Source: an uncultured delta proteobacterium (lineage in GTDB: Bacteria; Desulfobacterota; Binatia; JACPRU01). Taken from it: 64,000 nt of DNA. The stretch is taken from assembly GCA_963745025.1 (NCBI GenBank), contig CAVUWD010000010.1:215718-279717 (forward strand), given 5' to 3'. This document shows, piece after piece, positions 12,280 to 21,201 of this stretch. Position numbers and translations under genes: made by a program. Each line of letters starts with the position of its first letter. Position 1 is the stretch's first letter. The notes below the pieces were generated by a model. That model saw nothing but the letters and a program-made list of their open reading frames with translations, was not told where the DNA came from and ran no database searches.

Positions 12280-12717
12280 ATGGGAGATACCTTCAGGCTT
12301 GTCGCCGCCGCGACCGCGCTGCTCACTGCCGCTTGCTGCGGCACCGTCCCGGAGACCCTGCGACGCCATACCTATCCGCCGTCGTTCAACTACGTGCCGC
12401 ACGAGGATCTCCACTCCGCAATGTGGCAGCTCGCCCACGATACGTACGAGCTCGACCGGATCCTCCGCGAAAGTGCGAGCGGAGGCGGTTACCCCCGCGA
12501 AGAGATTCTCCGCTTACTCGCCGGCATGGACGAGGCGGCTCGCAGCCTCGGCCCGGGCGGATGGCCTGCGAATCACCCGCAGATCGGCGCGAACGTCGAC
12601 CTGCTGCGGCAGGACATCGAGCGCGCGCGGCAGGCGGCAGAGCGTAATCCGCCGAGCTACTTTTACGCCGGCGCGGTCTCGGGCGCCTGCCTGTACTGCC
12701 ACGCCTCGCGACCGTGA
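12280..12717 (+). CDS. Putative lipoprotein class II cytochrome c (c'/c556-like)
   Basis: Signal with lipobox-like LTAACC, helical body and a C-terminal CLYCH haem-binding motif; AGGA RBS. Confidence 0.65.
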   Translation: MGDTFRLVAAATALLTAACCGTVPETLRRHTYPPSFNYVPHEDLHSAMWQLAHDTYELDRILRESASGGGYPREEILRLLAGMDEAARSLGPGGWPANHPQIGANVDLLRQDIERARQAAERNPPSYFYAGAVSGACLYCHASRP

Positions 12718-12842
12718 GGACCAGGGTCCGCTCTCGCCTCCATGCTCGCCGCCGCTGCCGAGAAAATCGGATGACCCCCGGAGCCGTGCGCGCGGGGTGC
12801 CGACTCGAATTCGCTCGATGGTGCGCGGGACAAGGAAGGTGG

Positions 12843-13750
12843 TCACGGGCAAACCAGCGTGCCCGCACGTCCCCCACAAGCCTCCTCGAGCTCTACGATC
12901 GTCGTGATGAGCGCCGCACGGCCCGTCGCTTCCGTGAAGGCGACGGCGCTCTCGACCTTCGGCGCCATCGAGCCGGCTAGAAACGTGCCCGACGCCAGGC
13001 GACGACGCGCTTCGGCAACGGTCATCTTGCCGATGGGTCGCGCCTGCGCGCTGCCGAAGGCCTCGAACGCGCACGGCACGTCGGTGGCGAAGAGGAGCCG
13101 CTCCGCATCGAACGCGATCGCCAGCAGCGCCGCCACCCAGTCCTTGTCGATCACGGCGGGCTGCGGCGCGCGGCCGCGCTCGCGCGCGGCGAGCGCCACG
13201 CCTCCGCCTCCGCCTGCGACCACGTGATGGGTCGCGAGCAGCACGCGGATCGCCTGCGATTCCAGTACGGCGATCGGCCGCGGCGAGGCGACGACGCGCC
13301 GAAAGCCGTGCCCGCCGGGAATCGGCACAGACGGAACGCCGAGCGGTGGATGCGCGAGGATCGCGCCGACGGGCTTCGTCGGCGAGCGAAAGGCCTCGTC
13401 GTGCGGATCCACGAGGGCTCGCGTGACGAGCGCTGCGCACGGCTCGTCCGCCAGACGCGTCTCGAGCGCTTCCGCCAAGAGATAGCCGAGCTCTCCCTGC
13501 GTCTGTGCCACGTGAACGTCGAGGCTCTCGGAGTCCCCGATGCCCTGCGCACAGAGCAAGCGGCCGACCTGCGGTCCGTTGCCGTGGACAACGAGCAGGC
13601 GCGCGCCCTGCACGGCGAGCCGCGCGATCTCGGCGGCTGCTCGCCCGATCACGGCGCGCTCGGCGCGAACGAGAGATCTCCTGCCGGCGGGCTGATCGCG
13701 TTTCCGCCGAGGGCGACGACGACGAGGGGGCGTGACGCGTCCGACGTCAT
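12843..13750 (-). CDS. arcC: Carbamate kinase; frameshift near 13665
   Basis: N-terminal VVVALGGNA from ATG 13750 (different frame), then VHGNGPQVG, PTKPVG, RRVVASP, GGGGG, VIDKD, GSMAPKVESA. Confidence 0.9.
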
Positions 13751-15108
13751 GAGCGGCGCCCGAGCCGATCGCCGAGGTGCTCGAGGAAGCCGTCGACGAT
13801 CGATCCGAGCGTGGGCTCGCCGGCCTCGGCGAACTCGTAGCGGGCGCGCACGATCGGCTTGCCCACAGCGATCAGCGCGGCGAGATCGATCGGCGTAGCC
13901 GAGACGACGACCTCGGCATCCGAGCGCTCGATGGTCTCACGCAGCGCCTCGAGCTGCGCGGCGCCGTAACCGACCGCGGGCAGAACCGCGCCGATGTGCG
14001 CATGGCGAGCGAAGACCTCGCGGATCGGTGCAGGTGCAGACGCGCGCGGATCGACGATGGCACCCGCTCCGGCTCGAAGGGCGGCGACCAAGCCCGCGCC
14101 GTAAGGCATACCGCCGTGCGTGACGGTGGGACCGTCCTCGACGACCAGCACGCGTCGGCCACGAACCGCCCGAGGCTCGTCGAGCCGCACCGGCGAAGCG
14201 GCACGCACCACGGTCGCGTGCGCGTTCAGCCCACGTACCGCGTCGATCACGCGTTGTACGTCGGCGTCCGCGGCCGCGTCGACCTTGTTCACCACGACGA
14301 CGTCGGCCATGCGCAGCACGGCCTCGCCCGGATGGTAGCCGTCGACCTGGCCCGGCCGGAGTGCGTCGACTACGACGATGTGAAGATCGGGGCGGACGAA
14401 GGAGAAATCGTTGTTGCCGCCGTCCCAGACGATCAGATCGGCGTGCTCGGCCGCCTGCCGGACGATCTCGGCGTAGTCGATTCCCGCGAACACGACGTTG
14501 CCGGCCGCGAGATGCGGCTCGTACTCCTCTCGCTCCTCGATCGTGCAGCGCGCCCGTTCGAGATCCTCCCGCGCGGCGAAGCGTTGCACGCGCTGCTGCT
14601 CGAGGCTGCCATACGGCATCGGGTGGCGAAGCACGGCCACACGCAGCGCCTGCTCACGCAGCCGTCGGCCAAGCCAACGGGCGATCTGCGACTTGCCGCA
14701 TCCGGTGCGCACCGCGCAAACCGCAATCACGGGAATCGCCGCTTCGAGCATCGTGCTGTCCGGTCCGAGGAGCAGAAAGTCGGCGCCGACCGCCAGGGCC
14801 CGGGAGGCGAGGTGCATGACGTGGGCGTGGGAGACGTCGCTGTAGGCGAAAACGACTTGCGTGACACCCTCGCGAGCGCAGATCGTCTCGAGATCGGCCT
14901 CGCGCTCGATCGGGATCCCCTCTGGATAGAGCGCACCTGCGAGCGACGGCGGATAACGGCGGTCGGTGATGCCGGGGATCTGCGCCGCCGTGAACGCGAC
15001 CACGGCGACGTTCGGATCGTCGCGATAGCGCACGTTGAAGTCGTGGAAATCTCGGCCCGCGGCGCCGAGGATCACGATCCGGCTCTTCGGAGTCTTTTCG
15101 TTTTTCAC
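13747..15108 (-). CDS. arcE: Cyclic 2,3-diphosphoglycerate synthetase-like P-loop protein; likely arginine synthetase (ArcE)
   Basis: GAAGRDFHDFN, FTAAQIP, RTGCGKSQ, RHPMPYG, EEREEYEPH, DGGNND, EDGPTVTHGGM. Translationally coupled to carbamate kinase. Confidence 0.72.
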   Translation of the reverse strand: MKNEKTPKSRIVILGAAGRDFHDFNVRYRDDPNVAVVAFTAAQIPGITDRRYPPSLAGALYPEGIPIEREADLETICAREGVTQVVFAYSDVSHAHVMHLASRALAVGADFLLLGPDSTMLEAAIPVIAVCAVRTGCGKSQIARWLGRRLREQALRVAVLRHPMPYGSLEQQRVQRFAAREDLERARCTIEEREEYEPHLAAGNVVFAGIDYAEIVRQAAEHADLIVWDGGNNDFSFVRPDLHIVVVDALRPGQVDGYHPGEAVLRMADVVVVNKVDAAADADVQRVIDAVRGLNAHATVVRAASPVRLDEPRAVRGRRVLVVEDGPTVTHGGMPYGAGLVAALRAGAGAIVDPRASAPAPIREVFARHAHIGAVLPAVGYGAAQLEALRETIERSDAEVVVSATPIDLAALIAVGKPIVRARYEFAEAGEPTLGSIVDGFLEHLGDRLGRRS

Positions 15109-15176
15109 GCCGTCTTCGGCCGCGTGCCCCCGGAACGTGCGCCCGGGCGCAGGACCGTTCACTCCAAGCGATTTCA

Positions 15177-15192
15177 ACCAATGATCGTGCCA
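15177..15192 (-). promoter_or_regulatory. sigma54-like promoter candidate for arcE-arcC
   Basis: TGGCACGATCATTGGT, nearly identical to the motif at 21046-21061. Confidence 0.55.
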
Positions 15193-15207
15193 GCGATGCG
15201 GTCTTCG

Positions 15208-15223
15208 TGGAGCGGTGCTTGCA
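15208..15223 (+). promoter_or_regulatory. sigma54 promoter candidate for the small ORF at 15250
   Basis: TGGAGCGGTGCTTGCA (GG-N10-GC with TTGCA), followed by a GGAGG RBS. Confidence 0.5.
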
Positions 15224-15249
15224 TGGCAAGACCTCGGAGGATTCTCGAA

Positions 15250-15495
15250 ATGTCCCTTTCGAAACATCTGGAAGCCGCCGTCGAGAAGCTGAAGAATGCC
15301 GAGTCGCGAATCGGAGCAGCGAGAAACAAAGCTTCGAGCCCCGAGGACTTGCGGCTATGGTTGGTCGCTCTGAGCGACTTCTGCTTGGCACTATCCGACA
15401 TCCAGACGTTCAACAACGAGTCGGTGCACGAAAAGCTTCACGAGCTTGCCGAGCGTATCGGGCTCAAGAAATTTTCTTCTCACCCGTCGAAATGA
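15250..15495 (+). CDS. Small helical hypothetical protein (81 aa)
   Basis: GGAGG RBS; MSLSKHLEAAVEKLKNAESRI...; natural amino-acid composition, unlike the shadow ORFs. Confidence 0.65.
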   Translation: MSLSKHLEAAVEKLKNAESRIGAARNKASSPEDLRLWLVALSDFCLALSDIQTFNNESVHEKLHELAERIGLKKFSSHPSK

Positions 15496-15583
15496 GGACC
15501 CGCCGCGTGTGAGAGCCGGTTGGTTCTCGGTTTCGAGAGAGGGCGGCCCGAGAATTCCCGGCAATCGGAACAATAGAGCGCGA

Positions 15584-16060
15584 ATGAAGATCAAGCGAAT
15601 ACTCGCCCCAACCGATTTCTCGCCGCCGTCGCTCGCGGCAATCGATCACGCCGTCGACCTGGCGCGAACGTTCGACGCCGAAGTGATCCTGCTGTTCGTC
15701 CAGGAGGCTCCCTATTTTGGTCCCGAGCCTGACCCGTACGTAGTCTCGGCGAACTTCCGCCTGCTATTCGCCGAGCATCAGCGCGTCGTCAGGGAGCAGA
15801 TGTCGGCGCTCCACGCGAGACTCGGGAAGCGGGGCGCGCGCTGCCGCGCGGTGCTCGGCGAGGGCAACGCGGCGGCGCAGATCCTGGCCACGGCGCGGAA
15901 GGTGAAGGCGGACCTGATCGTCATGGCAACGCATGGACGAACGGGAGCGAAGCGATTCTTCGTCGGAAGTGTCGCGGAAAAGGTCGTCCGGGGGGCGCGA
16001 TGTCCCGTTCTGACCCTGCGTCTGGCGCCGGCCGCTCGGCCAAGACGCCGGTCGAAGTAG
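15584..16060 (+). CDS. Universal stress protein (UspA)
   Basis: MKIKRILAPTDFS...DLIVMATHGRTG..GSVAEKVVR.A.CPVL. Confidence 0.92.
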   Translation: MKIKRILAPTDFSPPSLAAIDHAVDLARTFDAEVILLFVQEAPYFGPEPDPYVVSANFRLLFAEHQRVVREQMSALHARLGKRGARCRAVLGEGNAAAQILATARKVKADLIVMATHGRTGAKRFFVGSVAEKVVRGARCPVLTLRLAPAARPRRRSK

Positions 16061-16195
16061 TCAACTCGACCCTGCCGCCTCAGCAATCCGGCCTCATCGA
16101 GGCTCATCGCCGCCCGATCGACGAGGTCTATGCTCACCGACCCCATCCAATCGATCTAGCAGAAATGAATCGCGGAGCGGGTTATATGCGCGGCC

Positions 16196-16702
16196 TCATC
16201 TACCCCGCCGCGTCCCGATTCGCCGCCCGCTCCGGCTGCTGACGGCTCGGTGGGAACGCGTCGGTGCTGGGCCGGAGCGCACCGTGAGCACCGGGCATTG
16301 AGCCGTGCGTACGACCCGCTCGGCCACACTGCCGATCATGAAGCGTGAAAAGCCGGTTCGCCCATGAGTGCCGATGACGATGAGATCGGCGCCGAGTTTA
16401 CGCGCGGCCTCGATGATCGCCGAAGCGGCCATGCCGCCGACGACGAGGCTGCGAACGCGCGACGCTCGCTTGGCGAGGTGAAGCGCCCGGCGCTCGAGCT
16501 CTGCGCGCGCCGCTTTGTCTTGCTCCTGGAGGAACGAAGCCACCTCTGGCGCGGCGAGGATACTGGTCGCGTCGACCGGTTCGGCACAAAATAGCAACAG
16601 GACTTCAGCATCGAGGGTTCGAGCCAAGTCGGCCGCTAGGTCTTCTGCGGGCATCGAAGCTCCGGAGAGATCCGTCGGCACTAGGATACGCTTGATGCGC
16701 AT
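16196..16702 (-). CDS. Universal stress protein (UspA)
   Basis: MRIKRILVPTDLS...DLIVIGTHGRTG..GSVAERVVR.AQCPVL. Confidence 0.92.
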   Translation of the reverse strand: MRIKRILVPTDLSGASMPAEDLAADLARTLDAEVLLLFCAEPVDATSILAAPEVASFLQEQDKAARAELERRALHLAKRASRVRSLVVGGMAASAIIEAARKLGADLIVIGTHGRTGFSRFMIGSVAERVVRTAQCPVLTVRSGPAPTRSHRAVSSRSGRRIGTRRGR

Positions 16703-16888
16703 GGGTGAGTGCTCGCTCTCAAAAGGCCATTGGTTCTGAGTGCTGTGACATCGGGGCTCAGCTCATGATTGGCATATTTTCAACCTCACGGTGCGTGCCA
16801 CAGAGCCATTGGCCGCGTGTATAGAAGCCCATGCCGATTGGCAATGTATCTGACCGCACGTCAGGTAGAAGACGGAGAAGCGCACACG

Positions 16889-17923
16889 ATGGTCCACATC
16901 GATGGAAGCCAGCGCTCGGGAAGCGGCACGATCGTTCGGTTCGCGACGGTGCTCGCGGTGGCGTACGGGCGGCCGGTCCACGTCTTCAATGCCCGCGTTC
17001 GCCGCCCCAAGCCCGGCCTCCGCCCACAGCACCTGACGACGGTTCGGGCCCTCGCCGAAGTCTGTGACGGGACGGTCACGGGAGCCGCAGTGGACTCTCG
17101 CGAGTTCGTCCTCACGCCCGGGCGGCTCCGCGGCGGTCGCTTCGAGTGGGACATCGGCACGGCGGGATCCGCGACGATGCTCGCGCTCGGCATTCTTCCT
17201 GCCGCGTGCCTCGCGCCCTCGGCGCTGACCGCGCGGATCACCGGAGGCGTCTTCCAGGATTTCGCGCCGTCCCCCTTTCATCTTCAGCACGTTCTCCTTC
17301 CTCTGCTTCGAAGCATGGGCATCGAGGCCGAGCTCGAGGTGATCCGCCCTGGATACCTGCCGTCGGGCGGAGGCGAGATCGAGCTCCGCACGAGGCCCGT
17401 GCGCGGCCCGCTCACGGCGATCCACCTCGGCGAGCCGGGCATCCCCCGAGACGTGGCCGGTATCGCCCTCGCGAGCAGGCTCGCGGAGCGGCGCGTCGCC
17501 GACCGCATGGCCGAAACCTGCGAGACGGCGCTTGCTTCGTCCGGGGTCGGGTCGCGCATCGAGCGGAGGTACGACGAGACCGCGAGCCACGCCGGAGCGG
17601 CGCTCGCGATCTGGGCGACGACGTCGACAGGTTGCCGGCTGGGAGCCGATCGGGCTGGTGCGCCGCGCCGCACTTCCGAGACGATCGGGCGTAGCGTCGC
17701 GGCGGCATTGCTCGCCGACCTCGCGACCGGTGCGACCGTCGACCGTCACCTCGCCGATCAGCTCGTGCTCTTCGCCGCGCTCGCGAAGGGCCCGAGTGAA
17801 TGGATCGTGCCGCAGTGGACCGAGCACGTCGAGTCCAATCTTTGGCTCGCCGAGCGGTTCGGCGCGGTTGTGCGACGTGGCGGCCACCGGGTGGAGATCG
17901 GCGGCGTGCCGCCATCGTCGTGA
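16889..17923 (+). CDS. rtcA: RNA 3'-terminal phosphate cyclase
   Basis: IDGSQRSGSGTIVR, RPKPGLRPQH, DIGTAGS, GYLPSGGGE, VDRHLADQL (catalytic His), TEHVESN. Confidence 0.92.
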   Translation: MVHIDGSQRSGSGTIVRFATVLAVAYGRPVHVFNARVRRPKPGLRPQHLTTVRALAEVCDGTVTGAAVDSREFVLTPGRLRGGRFEWDIGTAGSATMLALGILPAACLAPSALTARITGGVFQDFAPSPFHLQHVLLPLLRSMGIEAELEVIRPGYLPSGGGEIELRTRPVRGPLTAIHLGEPGIPRDVAGIALASRLAERRVADRMAETCETALASSGVGSRIERRYDETASHAGAALAIWATTSTGCRLGADRAGAPRRTSETIGRSVAAALLADLATGATVDRHLADQLVLFAALAKGPSEWIVPQWTEHVESNLWLAERFGAVVRRGGHRVEIGGVPPSS

Positions 17924-18100
17924 AGGCGACCTCGTCGGCGTCGATCGCCCGCGTCGTCGCTCCTCACAGCCGACGAGCGATCAGGCGGCCATCATTCTCG
18001 CGCTCGAAGCGCGTGCCGAACGAGCCGCGACCGAGAGACCCGCGATGTGGCTCGCGAGTCGCAAATCTCGAGCAGTATGCGAGATTCGCTGTAACCGAAG

Positions 18101-18895
18101 TCACGCCGCCGTGTTCGATTGCGAGAGCTTGCGATCGCCGATCGCGCTGAGAGTCCGAAGCACTTCCTCGGCCTTGATCGGTCGCCGGCCCGAAGACATG
18201 GAAGACCTGTGAGCCGCTCCCCGTGTGATATCGTTGAGGGAGAGGATCCCCACTAAACGATGATCGTCGTCTACCACAGGCAGGCGGCGGACCTGCCGCC
18301 GGCTCATAATCTCCTCGGCCACCGATAGCGGGTCCTCGGACCGGCAGAAGGCGACGTCCTTCGACATCACGTCTGACACGCGGAGCTCGGTGAGCGGGCG
18401 GTTGCAGAAGTACGCGGCCATGCAGACATCGCGATCGGTCAGCATCCCGAGCACGTGCGACGCGCCATCGAGCACGGGAACGCAACCGCAGTCGCGCTCC
18501 CAGAGAATTCTCGCCGCGGCGTTCAAGGGATCAGCGGCGCCGCAGCTCGCCACGTCGCGCGACATGAGCTCTGCGACCTTGGTCGCTGCGGCCTTCGACG
18601 CAGAGTGCGCGCGAAGCCGGGAAACGGCTCCTTCGAGCCCAACCGCCATCTCCTGCCACGCCTTCTCGGCCGCCTCCCGAAGTTCCTCCCAGGCGTGCTC
18701 TCCCGCCCCTCGCAGCTCGCGAATCTTCTCCGTCGCCTCGTCACGGCGGGACTGCAGGGCGGCGATCTGCTTCGCATATTCGGCGCGGCGGGCGGACGTC
18801 ACCTTGCGGACCCGAGCCTTGAGGTCCTCCAACCGCGCGGACCACTCGCGCATCTGTGCCTCGAGCTTTTCGACGAATGCCTCACGATCTGGCAT
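18101..18895 (-). CDS. Coiled-coil domain plus CBS-pair protein
   Basis: N-terminal KLEAQMREWSARLEDLKA...AWEELR coiled coil; CBS motifs CGCVPV, GMLTDRD, VRRLPVV, GILSLND. Confidence 0.85.
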   Translation of the reverse strand: MPDREAFVEKLEAQMREWSARLEDLKARVRKVTSARRAEYAKQIAALQSRRDEATEKIRELRGAGEHAWEELREAAEKAWQEMAVGLEGAVSRLRAHSASKAAATKVAELMSRDVASCGAADPLNAAARILWERDCGCVPVLDGASHVLGMLTDRDVCMAAYFCNRPLTELRVSDVMSKDVAFCRSEDPLSVAEEIMSRRQVRRLPVVDDDHRLVGILSLNDITRGAAHRSSMSSGRRPIKAEEVLRTLSAIGDRKLSQSNTAA

Positions 18896-19607
18896 GGCTG
18901 CTCCTCTCTTTGGCCTGCTGCTTCGGCCGAAGGTGATCGATGAACCACTCGCGAGCGAGCTGGGCCACCGCTTCCAGCGTGCCTGGCTCCTCGAAGAGAT
19001 GTGTGGCTCCGGGAACGATCTCGAGCTTCTTTTCGCAGCGGAGCTGCGAGAGTGCTTCGCTGTTCATGAGGATCACCGGCGTATCTTCCCCACCGACGAT
19101 GAGCAGCGTCGGCGCCTGAACCCGCGCCAACGCGGATCCGGCGAGGTCCGGCCGCCCGCCGCGAGACACCACTGCGCCTACGACGCGGGGCCGCTCGGCG
19201 GCCGCAACCAATGCCGCCCCGCCGCCGGTGCTGGCGCCGAAGTAACCGACCCTGAGATCACGCGTGGCAGGTCGAGAAGCGAGCCAGTCGGTGGCCCCGA
19301 CGAGTCGCTGGGTGAGCAAGGGGATGTCGAAGCGAAGCTCCGCCGTTCGCGCATCGATCTGCTCTTCGTCCTCCGTCAGCAAGTCGAAGAGTAAGGTTCC
19401 GAGGCCGCCCTGGTGAAGCACCTCGGCGACGTACCGATTGCGCGGGCTATGCCGGCTGCTGCCGCTTCCGTGCGCGAACAGCACGACGCCGCACGTCCCG
19501 ACGGGCAGGGCCAGGCTGCCATCGAGCACGACCGGAGGTGCCGAGATGCGGACGGGAGACTGCTGGCTGTCCCGCGTGTGCGCCCTGGTCGCTGCGATGT
19601 GCTTCAT
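18882..19607 (-). CDS. Dienelactone hydrolase-family alpha/beta hydrolase
   Basis: FAHGSGSSRHSPRN, GYFGASTG, SRGGRPDLA, GATHLFEEPG. Confidence 0.88.
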   Translation of the reverse strand: MKHIAATRAHTRDSQQSPVRISAPPVVLDGSLALPVGTCGVVLFAHGSGSSRHSPRNRYVAEVLHQGGLGTLLFDLLTEDEEQIDARTAELRFDIPLLTQRLVGATDWLASRPATRDLRVGYFGASTGGGAALVAAAERPRVVGAVVSRGGRPDLAGSALARVQAPTLLIVGGEDTPVILMNSEALSQLRCEKKLEIVPGATHLFEEPGTLEAVAQLAREWFIDHLRPKQQAKERSSHARS

Positions 19608-19664
19608 AGAAGCTCCTCCGCGCTGCACGCCGCTCGTGTGCCCGATCTGCCGTTTCAGGCCAGG

Positions 19665-20408
19665 TCAACGGGCTGCAGGCATCGTCGGCTCCACGAGCAC
19701 GTGGTTGATCACGCTTCTGACGCCGAACACGTACCACGCATCTGCCTCCGCCATCTCCTTCTCGGAGTCCGACGCCACGAGCCCGTCGAGGGTCACGGTC
19801 TCGTTCGCACATGTCACCCGGATCTGCGACGCGTTGACGAATGGGTCCTTCTCGAGCGCCAGACGTACCGCGTCGGTGATCTCGTCGTCGCTGTCCTCTT
19901 CAGGAGGGGACACGCCGAGGCCGTTTACGACGTCGCGGCTCCCCGGCACCCACCACGCAAGGACGCCGGCGAGGCGCTTGTGCTCGAGGCCGGGAACGTC
20001 GCCGTCCAGCGTCACCACGCCGTCCTCTACCGAGCATTCGATGGCTCCGCGTGGCGAGCCCGCACCTCTGCGAACCAGTTCCGAACGGCCTTTGACCCGT
20101 TGGTGGATCGCGCATTCGGCGAATGCGGTGTCTTGCGCGAGCGAGTGACAGACGCCATCGCGGATCTCGGCGTCGCTCATGTGCCGGGCCGGGGCGATCT
20201 GCAATCGGTCCACGATCGCGTCGACGCCCGGAACGGCGGCGGCACGAACGAGCGCGAGCTTCTTCATCGATAGGCTTGGAAGCTCGCCCTCGAGGATGAG
20301 GTCGCTGTCGCTGAGGGCGATGGTCATCGGGTGGAGCGACAGGTTGAGCTTGGGCTCGCTCGAGAGGGCGATTCGCACCGCCCGCAGGATCTCGGCCTTT
20401 CGGTTCAT
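19665..20408 (-). CDS. BON-domain protein (about 3 BON repeats)
   Basis: Repeated SD.EI.D.V...L, VEDGVVTLDG, VPG..DVVN.L, VFGVRSVINHV. Confidence 0.85.
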   Translation of the reverse strand: MNRKAEILRAVRIALSSEPKLNLSLHPMTIALSDSDLILEGELPSLSMKKLALVRAAAVPGVDAIVDRLQIAPARHMSDAEIRDGVCHSLAQDTAFAECAIHQRVKGRSELVRRGAGSPRGAIECSVEDGVVTLDGDVPGLEHKRLAGVLAWWVPGSRDVVNGLGVSPPEEDSDDEITDAVRLALEKDPFVNASQIRVTCANETVTLDGLVASDSEKEMAEADAWYVFGVRSVINHVLVEPTMPAAR

Positions 20409-20477
20409 GGGGGGTCGTCGGCGCATCCCCGCAATTCCGACCCTAGGTGCAATCTCGGCCGCGGCTCGTGTCCTGCC

Positions 20478-21017
20478 TCACCGTGCCGCGCCGCGCTTCC
20501 AGGTGCCGAGCAAGCATCCGTCTTCCTCGTCCCAGTGGTATCGGACGCGTCCTCCCAGCAGCTTCTCGATCTGCTGACCGATGCGATGCGCGAGCTTTTG
20601 CGAAGTCGTCAAGACCTCGAGCTCGCCATCGACGGCCTCGATCGACACCACTCTGCGTTCGGGTTGAGTAAATCCGGCCCGGCTGGCGACATTGCGGATG
20701 CGGCGGCGTACGAGCGCCTCCTCCTCGGCACCTGCCAAGCCCCGCAGCCGTATCCGCCCGAAGTACTCGTCTCGGCTCACCTGACGGCAAGCGGGACAGA
20801 CGACCCACGTCGGGCCGGTGGCCAAGGCCGCAACCAATTGGCGCCCCTTCCGCCAGGTGCGCTTCTCGTAGACGGAGCCGCAGCGTTCACAAACCGAGTG
20901 ATCGCGAATGTGCTCTTCGTCGGCCACGTGCTTGGTCTTCGATTGCAGGCTGCCGCGCCGAACGAGAGCCCGTACGAGTCCTTTACCCTTGCTGGTAGTC
21001 GCGCCTACTCTCTTCAT
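20478..21017 (-). CDS. BCAM0308-family (NMD3-like zinc-binding) protein
   Basis: CERCGSVY...W, CPACR, TTSQKLAHRIG...YHW. Confidence 0.7.
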   Translation of the reverse strand: MKRVGATTSKGKGLVRALVRRGSLQSKTKHVADEEHIRDHSVCERCGSVYEKRTWRKGRQLVAALATGPTWVVCPACRQVSRDEYFGRIRLRGLAGAEEEALVRRRIRNVASRAGFTQPERRVVSIEAVDGELEVLTTSQKLAHRIGQQIEKLLGGRVRYHWDEEDGCLLGTWKRGAAR

Positions 21018-21045
21018 GGATCGCAATCCTCTCGATGTCAGTTAC

Positions 21046-21061
21046 ACCAACGATCGTGCCA
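21046..21061 (-). promoter_or_regulatory. sigma54-like promoter candidate for the BCAM0308-BON-hydrolase-CBS operon
   Basis: TGGCACGATCGTTGGT. Confidence 0.55.
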
Positions 21062-21201
21062 CTTCGAACGCGACGCCGATTGGCGAGCACCGCATGATGA
21101 TTTGGCGCGATGATCTTCTCTATCACAGGAAAACTGGCTGCGCCGACTCCCGAATCATAGAAAGTCTGGTCGATCCCCCTCCCGGTCATTACGTCCCCGC
21201 T

